Below are positions 13,801-25,800 of a DNA stretch of 64,000 bases, piece by piece (position 1 is the first letter of the stretch; every line of letters starts with the position of its first letter). The DNA is taken from NCBI GenBank assembly GCA_002633005.1, contig NMRA01000546.1, positions 178,106-242,105 on the forward strand. The letters run 5' to 3'. Made by a program: the position numbers and the translations under genes. This DNA comes from Phoronis australis. Taxonomy: Eukaryota > Animalia > Phoronida. A model generated the notes under the pieces. It saw only the letters and a list, made by a program, of their open reading frames with translations. It was not told the origin of the DNA and ran no database searches.

Positions 13801-16800
13801 TTGCATTGCGATGCTCAAAATCCGTTCTCGGCAAGCGACGGGATCTTTTAAAAAATGCCTTATCTCACTTGAAATAACGGGCTGCGTTGTGAAAAAGAGT
13901 CCTCCTTGAGACAAACATGTTCTTTCCAATGAGTGGGTCTGGTTTGCGTTGTTGACGAACATGAAACGTTCCAGATAACTGATTCTCTTTTGTAAAAATG
14001 CGTTTTCTCAATAGGAAATGTCGAGTTTGCGCTGTCAACCCACAAAGAGCGCCTCAATAGGCGCTTTTTAAATATGGTTTCCCAATGAAAAGCTGGACTT
14101 GCGTATTCGACGCACATACAGGGTTCCCGACCATCAAAACAAGCGCTTTTTCAATTTTAACGAATTTTGAAATGATTCATTGTGTGGTGTGAACTTTTGT
14201 GTAATCGTGTGTTATCGCCGTTTTGACATGAATTACTCATTACCGTTTGATAGTCCTTCTTAAGGTTTGACTATGCCGACCTAACATAAGCGAATAGCAC
14301 GAATTACTCATTACCGTTTGATAGTCTCTCTTGGATATAATGATGCCTTTAACTTTATTTGCTAAACTGCTAGCTCAACCAATACTTGCAGATCTCAGTG
14401 GACATCTTATCCCAATGCAAGTGACAGATCTGATTGAAAAATACCAGAATACGGCAGTCAGTGGGCTCTGTGTGAGAACCCAGACTGTTCGTTTTTCTGT
14501 TAATCGAGTCTTCTGGGTCCCGAACAAACTGCAGTGGGTCTTCAAGACCTCCTGAGCTTTTAGTCAAACACCTTGTTAAAGGGACAATTCTCCTATATAC
14601 ACCGCTTAGTTGGAAACTGACCCATAAAAAATATACTTAAATGTAATTCCATCCGTTTTAACAGTTGGGGAGACCCTCCTTAGCCAGTTTCAAATAATCT
14701 TTTGATGGATTTAGAAAACAATTACTATGATCTGCAGGTGAAAACTATTCCACGGGTGTTCCACTATAAACTCTAGCTAGGACCCACTAACCTCATGTTG
14801 CAGATTGGCAAACAGGTGTTTTGTCACCTTGCATGAAACATTGCGAATTGGTGTGTGGAAGAAATTAATCGCACATAGGCGAGTTATTGCTTGTCCCCGA
14901 TTGGGGTCCAGAGGATCGTACACTGTTGCTAGAGTGTAAAGGCAATTCCACCATTTCCTCCCGAGATTATAGTCACTGCTTTGTATTATCTAACAATTTT
15001 GATCACTCGTACATTATACGAAGGGGACTTGGACACTGACAAGTAGTGCTTCGATTTGTGTCGCAGTCAAAACTCAGACGGAACGTTGATATTCCCCACA
15101 TTCCCTTTCAAACGTGTTAGATCCAAAAGTGGCCACAGACTTACTAAGTCCTACTTGGCAGTCTTTGGCCTCCAGTTTCTATTTCAATTCGAACACAAAT
15201 ATTTTGAGAATTTGAATAAAGTGTAAAGTATGCAAGAAAGGTAATAGGATGTTTAGAAATATCCCACGAAATATCAACTTACGCCTCTGGTTTGCTTGGT
15301 ACTTTTAAATCAATGGAAACAGCGGATTTTGAAGTTGATCATCACGATTTTGTAGTTCTTTAGCTATTTTTTAAAAGTAAAATTCCAAGAAAACTTACCT
15401 CTCGCACTGTGGCATACGGTTTCTAATCTCTAAATTCAGCTACACTCCGATTGGCACTCAAACTTTCTCGTTGTTTATCAGGCGAAAACCGAAGGTCAAG
15501 TTGGCGGGCATTACTGGCGTGAACTCGTTTTCGTAAAATCCTTTAATTTCGAACGCGTAACTTATGGGATGATCAACTCGAGTTGAAGGCAATGTGTATA
15601 CTTGCGTTACTTTTGAATGCGCAACTTAAGGGATGGTCAACTCGAGTTGAAGGCAATGAGTACACTAGCGCTAATTTCGAATGCTCAAATTAGGGTATGG
15701 CCAACGCCTAAACCTGAGTCGTTTTAATGAATTGATGATGATTTTGATGTTCTTGTTGGCGACAAGTTATTAAGCGCGTTTTCGCATCACTCTGCTTTAC
15801 ACACCTCAAATACGTGGTCCATATACTATTCTGGTCTTAAAGTAGCATGTGTATTCGATTAAAGTAAAACAACGGAAATATTAGCTGACTAACTAAGATG
15901 ATAACTTATGCAAGTTGTTTTGAAATTAAGCAGTTCGTGATCGTGTTATCAAAAATACCTAAAATGAATATTTTGGAGGTTTGAACATTAATCGTATAAA
16001 GAATGGCGTAGTCATCTGCGCATAAGATTTGTGAAAATCATGATCTGTGCAAAAAGGCGCACTTTTGCAGAAATAACTCAGCCACTGTTTTGAGGCTTGA
16101 ATCCAATTTTTCATTTTTTGAGGAATCCAAAAACATTGCATTTTAAAGTTGAGCGTACAGTTAGAAAGTGATTTGATGAAGCGAGAGCGGACTTCACCAA
16201 TGATGACAATTGCCCTTAAGAGCATGTCCACGAATGGACCAGGCAAAAAGTGATAAAGGCTCTTCCACGGATTTCATCGATTGTTTGCATGATGGTAGGG
16301 GTTGATGCCCCAACCTTCATACCCACATTATTTTTTTACGTGCGCCACCTTGTGGTTGCTATGACAACGCGTTGTTTTTCTGCCAATTCCAAGCTTCTTT
16401 ACAGCTACATTTTGGCATTTTTTGCGAACTTACCTTGAGAACAATAGTGCAAACTGAAACACTTCATGTTGATCACTGAATTAAGGTGTCTTTCAACTTG
16501 CCAGTCATAGAAAATATCACGGTTTCAGTTTCATCTTAGCTGTTTTTGAAGGCTACCAGGTTATCTAGTTTGTGGTGATTCCGAAATTTTTGAAAATTGC
16601 CCTATTTCCTGCCTCAATATCTCAGCTGAAGCCAAATTTAAAACAACAAAACTACAACCAGTGTTTAGATTGATCTTAGCTCTACAAAATAAAACCATAA
16701 AAAGTCTAAGCAATCACCCTTCTTCATACCGCATTGGGCTCTAGAAGTAGGGTACCTCACCAAAATTGTACAACTGGTCAATGTCTGCATAGTAACAAAT

Positions 16801-19800
16801 GTACATGTATGCGAGGATTCAAAATAGTTTTGAAATCTTAAAATAGGCGATCGAACATAACAAGAAAGCTTTAATTTTGTTACTTTACAGAAAAGGATTA
16901 GAAGCACAACGAGTCACATTATTTCCCTTTGACCTTGACGATAACGCTGCCAATAACATATGCATAAACTCACAAAATGCATTATGGTTGAATAAAAAAT
17001 CTATAAAGTAAGTCCAGTTATACATAACTGCAAGCTCGAATTCTGAAATTTCAATGTGTGGGTCTGGTTGAAATTTAGTTTTCTAATTTTCTCGAAGTCG
17101 GTTGATCGTGTCCCAACGCATCTCAGTTCAACGAATTTTATAAAAAACAACAATAGGTGTATCGGGCCGGAAGGAGACAAGTGCGTCCATACAGTGTATA
17201 TCACGAAACCCGAACAAATCAGACAACAAAGTAGTTAGTCATAAAAAAGAGATATATTGAAATGCTATGGGATAGATGCTGTGAAATGAGGTTAGAAAAA
17301 CTGATCTTATAAGTACAATCGACTACCTGTGAAATTGGCGTTGTTGAATAACTTTTCTTACGCTTGTCTTTCGGGAAAGTCCCCGAACAGCACACGCCTA
17401 GATGTGCATATGGATGTCTGAATATTCTCGCATTATGGATACCAATGTTTTTTTAGTTTTTGCCCACAACGGGTATTTGCGGAAGGTTCGTAGACATTTT
17501 CATAAAAAACAAAGGAAACCGAGTATTTCACACGCAAGAAAGCACAAAAATCAGTTCAGATGTTTTTTGCATCTGTCACAGTTTCAATGGCGAATTGCTG
17601 ACTAGCATATGCGCGTACTCTGTTCAATCACATGACTACATCACATCAAGGGAAGTTATATCTGAGTTTAAACGTCAGATTTTAGTCTCGTCCTGTTGAG
17701 TCGCACTATTCATCAATATTGCAACTGATGTTGAAGTTTGAACTGAAAAAGTATAAAACTCGACGACCTGTTCACCCACCCACATAGCTATGTATAATGC
17801 TGATCAAAATTCTCTATTTTTGTTCACTTACCGTAGAGGGGTAACACACCGCTGCACAAAGCATCAGCAGGTGGACATACAGACGTAGTGGAACTACTAT
17901 GCATGGAAAGCGGATGCGACGTCAATGTCGTCAACAAGGTATTGCAAGAGTGCTGTACTTCTTGATTAGTTAAGACTGCAATAAATGTTTTTTAAATGGA
18001 CTATGAGTTTGAAGTATTGTGAATTCGAAATAAATACAGTGTATGTCGTCAAAAATTTTCTGTCTCCTGCGTAGAGTTATACAAACAGTCACTTCATTAC
18101 TGCATGAACTTTCCCAGAACACTCAGTGGTTCAAAGCAGCTTGTGTAATCGCAATAATTCGGCACGCCATAAAATCAGACCAAATGAATGGCAGGCAACA
18201 GCCACATATTTAGATTTTCTCACCTTAGTAATTATAAAATATGCAAGTTTTTAATCCTGTCACTGCAAGAAATCAGACGTACGTTTAGGAAGTCTTTCAA
18301 AGGAAAATCTGAAGGTTTTAGTCACGATTGCTATAAGATGACGAATATTTAGCAATCAATTTTTCCATGTGTTGTAACCTAGTGGCTTAATTTCAAACCT
18401 ATCACACTGTGTGTGTTCCATAGTCGGATTTATAATTCTATGTTGTAATGTAGGTCGTGAGTGAGGTAGTGTCCAACCCGTCGAAACACAAGTCAATTTT
18501 ACGGTGCTAAGCACAACACCGTAACCGTATTAAAAGAGCCGTGATATTTTTTGATCCACAGTACATGTAAATCCAAAGTCTCCGTGCACTTTAAACTGTG
18601 TGTACACTGAAGCTGGTTTGTTTATGATTGCTGCGTGAATTTAGTTGTTGGAAACACAGTAACGTGTTTTTTTTACCTGTCATCAACTTCATTTGTCTCA
18701 AAGCTAAGGTATCGTGTTTTATATCGTTGAAATATATAGATTATTACATGGCGAAGTCGTTATCCCCCGTTATCTAGAGCCCGAGTGGATTTTGGAGAAT
18801 TATCGCCCCAGGGATCGGATACACTAGTGCAAGGTTTACTTGTCGAACTTTTTGCCAATCTGAGGTAGGCCAATGTTACCCTATAACGTGATCGAACATA
18901 ATTACATGGACATTGCATAGGCGGATTTAGGGGGCCCCAGGGGGCCCGCCACCCCCCTTGGCTGCCGGAAAAAAATAAAACAGCAAGAGCGTTCGGAAAT
19001 GTTGAGTTGATTAATTAACACCGGTAATTAACATTATACGGCGGAAACAAGATTTTAATGTGTGAAGTTTTAGTGTGTTTGGGGAGAGGGGCTAAGACTC
19101 AATTTCAAGTGTCAAATTCGGAACACGGCTCAATCGTAACGAAACTATGTCTAAGTATATTCTCTCCCGCGATATCCCCTGGCGACCGCCAGTGGTGTTG
19201 CGCACTACGACTCCGTTTCCGTCGTCTGCTTCACTGTGCAATGAAGAAAATTACTTCAGTTTTTTAAAGAAAATGGAATCTGAGTGACGATGAAAAAACA
19301 CAAGCTGGTGGTAAGATGTGAATTGTAATCGAAGCCTCAGTGAATCACTCAGAAACTCATAATTATCTCTTTGTCAAACCTTAACTTAAGTTGATTTCCA
19401 AAGCAGTCGCGTCATTAAAGCCAACACAAAAGCGGATTTGGTCTTTTGGTCAATTGAAGACTAATTTAAATACAACAATTTTGTTACGAACTGATTGCAC
19501 AAAGTATAAAAAGGTAATAAGCATTACAAAAAGAAGTAGGTTTCGGGCGTAAACGCTGTGGACCATAAACAGGTAGGTCTCTTATAATCAACTTTTACGT
19601 GAAGTCGTGGTGTAGTGGTAAAGTGCGCTCGCTCTTTCCGCCAGATCGTGAGTTCGAGTCTGTGATATTAGTAGTATTTTTTTCCTTTTTCTTTGCCTTT
19701 TTTTCTTGGATAATATTTCAGGAATCAAGGAAAATGCTAGATTTTTAGAGGAAAAAACAGAAATATTTTCCTGGGCGGGAGGGGGGTTCGCCTCCCTCCT

Positions 19801-22800
19801 GACCTCTCCCCTTTTGTTGCTACGCGCATCTGATCGTGCCCTGCACGAATGTTTTCAGACAACATATTGGGCCCCCCTTGTGATATCCTTGATCCGCCAC
19901 TGCATTATGATGTGGACCTAAAATGGCGATTGTAGAAGGTAAAGGTTGAACACTCGTCCGCTTAACGCCTGGATTAGGATGCAAAACATTTGGACACATG
20001 TGAAACCCTGGACACAGAACCCGAACTCCATATAACGAGACACATAGAACCCGGGACAAAAAGAACCCGGGATGAACAGCTACATTAAATCCGTGAATTA
20101 GGTTTACCTATCCGAATTAAATCTACCTTTTTGCAAATAGGTGTACACGTTGACTGTATTAGGGAGCTGTATAAAGAGTGAAAAAACATTATTGTCCGCA
20201 TCTGCGGCTTTTTGAAAAGTTATTCTCAAAGCCTGGAAATGCTATGACCAATGAAATGCCAACTTGTCAAGATGGGGCTGACAATCCTAATGTATCGAAT
20301 ATCAGAACCGTTTTATTTTAAGTGTAGATGAAATATTAGATTATTCAGTGATGGAAGTGACAATCATAATTTATCGAATATACACACTCAACTTGCACAA
20401 AAATCAAGTCCAGTTAGACAGAGTATTCATATTTTTATTTTTTGTTTTTGTATTCAAAAGACAGCAGAGAGCGCCATGGCATCTTCAGACAATGTTTCCT
20501 ATTGCTTAACAAATCCATGAGATCTTCAGACAATGTTTCCTATTGGTTAACAAATCCATGAGATCTTCAGACAATGTTTCCTATTGGTTAACAAGCATAT
20601 CCTAAATCTGCATCTTCTTCTTTTATGAACAGGAGGAAAACGGAAATATTTCGTGATTTAAATTTAATTTCAAATTTGGAGGAGGTTGACAGAAATGTGG
20701 CAGTTGCTTATGAAATGCATTTGTATTTCAAAGTATCACGGTTCAATTTCTGAATTATTCACTATTAATACATGCTATTAAGCGCGTTCGCAAATCACCC
20801 TGCTTTGCACACCTCAACTGCATGGTCCATATACTATTCTGGTCTTAAAGTAGTATGTGTATTCGATTAAAGTAAAACAGCGGACATACTAGCTGACTAT
20901 CTAAGAGGATGGTCTATGCAAGTTGTTTTGAAATTAAATGGTTTACTATCATGTTATCTAAATAATGTAGTAGCCTAAATGAATATTTTATGAGGTCTTA
21001 ATATAAGTCACATAAAGAATGACGTAGTCATCTGCACATAAGTTTTATGAAAATCATGATCAGTGCAAAATGGCAAACTTTTGCGGAAATAGCTGAGCCA
21101 CTGTTTTGAGGCGTCAATCAATTTTTTCATTTTTAAGATTCCAAAAACATTGCATTTTAGGTTTGACATTACGCTTAAAAAGTGATTTGATGGAAGGGAA
21201 GTAGACTTCACCAGTGTTGACAATTGCCCTTAAATTGACTAGGACGATTTTTGGACTCGTACCTACATGTAAGTGGTTAGAGTGGTTGTACAAAGTCGCT
21301 AATCTCCATACTATAGGAAAAAGCCCATTCCAGTTAAATCAAAACGTAAAACTTTTTTATAAGATCTCACATGTCATAATTGCTTGGGTTCAACAATTCT
21401 ACCGCCGTGTTTTCCTCTTGCTGTGTCGTATCAAGCAGTTATTTTTTTCTATTTTACTCCTATTTTAGCAGTAGCCCATCACAAATATAAGTGTGTCTAT
21501 GTTTACAGGACAATAAAACTGCTTTCGACGTTTGCGGGGAACGCTGTAGTAATGACAACGATGATGTTGAGAGAACGAAGACTATCCTTAAGGTACCGAA
21601 TAAACGACAGTGGGTCAAAAACGTGTCAATACTGTGCATTGGTAACGATAGACTATTATCATCTGGTCATACATTCATGAGGTGGANTTTCACATTACAG
21701 CTGCTGCGAACTGAGTTACAAGCACTAGAATTACCATCTACCTTACACTCAGTAGCCTTACTTTCAGCATTTGAAACACTTTCGTTAACAGGAGGTTCTG
21801 TCCGTGTGAAACCAGGATCATGCAACCATTAACACTGCAAACCACCTTGACTCTGCAATACTTAGAGATGTGACCCTGTTTCAGACAAACAAAACATCTT
21901 CTTGCCTGACGAATGGTTTTCTTCCTACCTTCAAGAGAGTCATGAACAAACCTAGAACAAGTCAATAGTTCATGATCGGTTGTCTGACACAAGGAACAGA
22001 ATTTCTTATCTACAGCATTACCCTGTGACTGTGTGGCAAAAGACACTTTATCATCACGTGACTGAGTTTTAGCAACTTGCTTTTCAGATCTGTACTTAGA
22101 TTTTGAACCAACAATCCGTCCATACAGAGTTTTAGCTACTCTAGCCTTTGACTCAATGAAATCAGTTAAATCTGAGAACTTTGGCTCTACACTTTGTTTA
22201 TCCATGATACCACTAGCATGCTCTGCCCACTTAGCTTGCATATGAAATGGCAAACGCTTCACAGTTTTGATCAAAGTGTCGGAGCACTTCAAATCTGACT
22301 CATAATTCATTTGTTCCAGAGTGAGCATGCCTCTCCTCATGAGCACAGCTAAGTCTGAGAGAGCCACACTGTTAGAACCATCAATGACTGGACCTTGGGT
22401 CACCTGTTTAATAAACGCATGAGCTATAACATGTTGCTGACCAAAATTATCATACAACATCGCTTTTGCTTTTCTGTAGGCTAGCTCTGAGTTACCAAAA
22501 ATAGAGCAGTTTTCAATACACTGTCTAGGTTTCCCTTTACACTGTTGCAAAAGATACATTAGCTTAGACTGACTACCACTAACTCTAGATTCAATATTAG
22601 CCTCGAAATTTCGAATAAAATACCAATACTCAGTAGGATTGCCATCAAATGTAAGCAGTTCTTTTTTCGGCATTTCAAACCCTTCTCTCAAAGTTTCTGC
22701 GAGCTGCTTCATAACTTCCGGTAAACCAGGATACGACCACGGCGCCTCTTGCGGTAAACTAGGGAACCGCGCTGCACCAGCATTCGGTTCTGCACGGGGT

Positions 22801-25800
22801 CTGGGAGTGCTAGTATGCTTAGCACCAGCGGCAAACGAAGTATTCAATGGCGAGACTTCATTATCGGCGGCTAACGTGGCTTCTTGAAGCTGCATTTCCA
22901 TGCGAAGCATTTCCTCACGCCTACGTAATTCAGACTCTGCCTCCATCTGTTTCAGTGCTTCACGCTCTCTCTCTATTTCATGAAGCTGCTGCATTTGCTT
23001 TAATTTCAGTTGTACAAGTGCTTTCCTAGAGTAGACCTCCTTCATGTTTTTTGACGATTCCTCGTCCCCAAACAGGTCATTTTTCACACTCTCCATCACA
23101 CTCTCTCTTTCGGCTTCAGCCATCTCACAGTTAAGAGCTTATTGAGAACCAATGTGAGTGTTNCTGCCACAATGTAAGTAAATCGAGTCAGCGCACAACA
23201 CTTATACTGAAATGAGGGTCAGGTCATATGCAAATTACATTCAGTCCATTCAGTCATGAATATACACGTGACCATGAGCCACCCGGAGCAAACAAACGTG
23301 AAGTATCTTACACCCTACTTGTAAAACTCAATGACAATTTTATCACATCATGTCGAACTTCCGTGTTAAATACTATTGATGGTTTGTATAATTTCATTGT
23401 TTGTGATGTCAGCGTCCAGCTCCATGTCATTAATAATGATATTACCTGAATTATCATTTTTACTGAGTTTTCACTTAACGAATATCATTCAGTGAACTTT
23501 GGATTAGTAACGAAATAACGACCTTCAAACAGAGCTGACATAATTAATCCATTCCTCTGCTTTCTTTTGTTTAATGTTTATTACGAAATCTTCAGAATAC
23601 AATGAATATGCATAACCCAGAAAGTGCCAAGAGGCATTAGATCTGCTTTAATGTTGGTTTTTACGGATTTCTTCTTAATATTAAATGTGCGGCAGAATTT
23701 TTGCTGTCTTTAGTCTCCACAGCTGACTTTAAGTTTATGTGGTGTTTCCTGTTACACTCTAACCGTATCACTTTTTAATTTTCCATAATTCCTTCTAGCA
23801 TATACATATATAATTTAGCTAAAGCTTCCTCTCAGTATTCCAACACTGAATCTAAAATTACTTCATTTTTGCCTAACAACAACTCTCATTTACCTACATT
23901 CAGCGTCAAATCATACGTGGAAACCAAGTGGAATATGCAAGATGTTTACTTTGGGTTTAAACATGTCGGCTACACACGATTCAGAGGTTTCTGTTAAACT
24001 TTCCACACGTGAATCTGTGACTGATCCACTTCCGGTCTCGTCCAGTTTTTTTGCAAACCTCAAGCACATCTCTTCATCCCATTTATAAACATTTTCACTC
24101 TGTTCATCTCGAGCCCAGTGGTTTCGCTGCGTCTTACACATTCTAAAAACAATCATTAACAAAGTCTACATCCTCTGTGTAGTATTTTTATCTCATTTCG
24201 TTGACAAAATTCTAATAAAAATGGTTACGATACGCGTTAATACTATACAATGCTAACGATAGAATACAATCATATGGTCACACTTTTATGAAGTGGCGCC
24301 ACCTGTGTGTCGATTGATCCACTTGAGCATCCACAACCTAGATCTCAGTGCAAGAAGCGAACTTTTGGATTGGATCACGTTCCACGTATTTGTAAATGCG
24401 GAGCGATTGCAGACTCCGGAAAGAATTGATCTTTTGTTATTCAACGAGGCCACGATCCTTGCATAAATTAAATAACACCTCGTGACAAGTAAGCTTGTGG
24501 AGTGTGGTCTTAATGCAACGGCTGTCAGTTCTTCTGAAGCCCGAAAGTGATCATCAAATCGACTAAGTTACACTTTACGCCCAGACCTGACTCGCTGCTG
24601 AATTTAAACGTAATTTGATTTGCACGTTCTATTCTACGGACAGTGGAAACTAAAAGAAACTTATTCCCAGAAACGCATGGAACTGGAACGACAAAGGCAG
24701 GATTTAGTTGTTGAAGTTCCATCACGTGCCTTGGAAGGGGCAATCGCTGGATCTTCCAACCAAATTTTAAAAGTGAGTCCGATTAAAAGATATTCGAAAC
24801 TTACTTCCAGAAACACTTGGAACTGGAACGACAAAGGCAGGACTGTGCTGTTGAAGTTGTACCACGTGCACTGGAAGGAGCAACCGCTGGATCTTCCAAC
24901 CAAACTTTAAAAGTGAGTCCGATTAAAAGATATTCGAAACTTACTTCCAGAAACGCTTGGAACTGGAACGACAAAGGCAGGACTCTGCTGTTGAAGTTCC
25001 ACCACGTGCCTTGGAAGGGGCAACCGCTGGATCTTCCAACCAAACTTTAAAAGTGAGTCGTATTAAGAGATATTCGAAACTTCCTTCCAGAAACACTTGG
25101 AACTGGAACGACAAAGGCAGTACTGTGTTGTTGAAGTTCTACCACGTGCACTGGAAGGAGCAACCGCTGGTTCATCCGACCAAACTTTGCAAGCGAGTGC
25201 TGGTCCGACTGAAGAACATGTTGGCACAGTACTCGAAAGTTTTAGCAAATCAGAAGGCAATACCAACACAGAGGGTGAAGTGCACGACAAAGTAGAAGTA
25301 AGTGAAATTCCCTAAAAGATGACGAGTTTGTTTTTACTTGGCCAAATAACTTTCGCTAAGTATGTTACTTTGTCATCAAAGTTGATTTCATGGTGCTTCG
25401 ACACTATTTTTTGTTCTTTTTATGCGCCAACATATTCATTTGTGCACGCATTATGCCGTCATTTCCGTCCGACTTCCGTCCGGCATCAGGAGTCCGGCGT
25501 CTGTTGCTTTATCTCCAAAACCTTTTGAGGTATGTACAATGAAATTGTGCACGTGTTCCTATCATGGATGGAACGGCATGAGCGAAACTTTCGGACGGTT
25601 CCGAATACCGGTGCGGAGGAGCTTTACTAAGTTTAACAAGTGTATGACTAAGATGTTGACAATGGACGAATACCGGTGACCACCCTACTGGCAGTTTTAA
25701 GTTTTTACACTTACGTCTGTATCTTCGTATTTTCGTAAAATTTGTCGTAGTTTGCGGCACCTACTGTACTACCAAATTTACTGTTTTTGCGTCTGTTTTT

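Larger units (their letters stand above)
15770..21235. repeat. Duplicated intron block 15770-16220 / 20775-21235
   Basis: Shared ttaagcgcgtt...ggtccatatactattctggtcttaaagtag...gacaattgcccttaa. Confidence 0.9.

Noticed and set aside
13465-13962. 165-aa minus-strand ORF
   Set aside because: Overlaps a degenerate tandem array and has no recognisable protein features
14330-15010. Penelope-like reverse transcriptase relic (ILKCNSIRFNS...PV.NNLLMDLEN)
   Set aside because: Resemblance is weak, broken by stops and frameshifts, and no YxDD motif was found; needs a profile search
16216-16260. TTAA-GAGCATGTCCACG as the left end of a second Kolobok/piggyBac insertion, where homology to 21230 breaks
   Set aside because: No matching right terminal repeat found in the window
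19603-19665. Functional tRNA gene
   Set aside because: A and B boxes are present but there is no pairing acceptor stem or clear anticodon arm; it lies inside a repeat
20474-20595. 41-bp repeats as CRISPR
   Set aside because: Head-to-tail minisatellite without spacers in eukaryotic DNA
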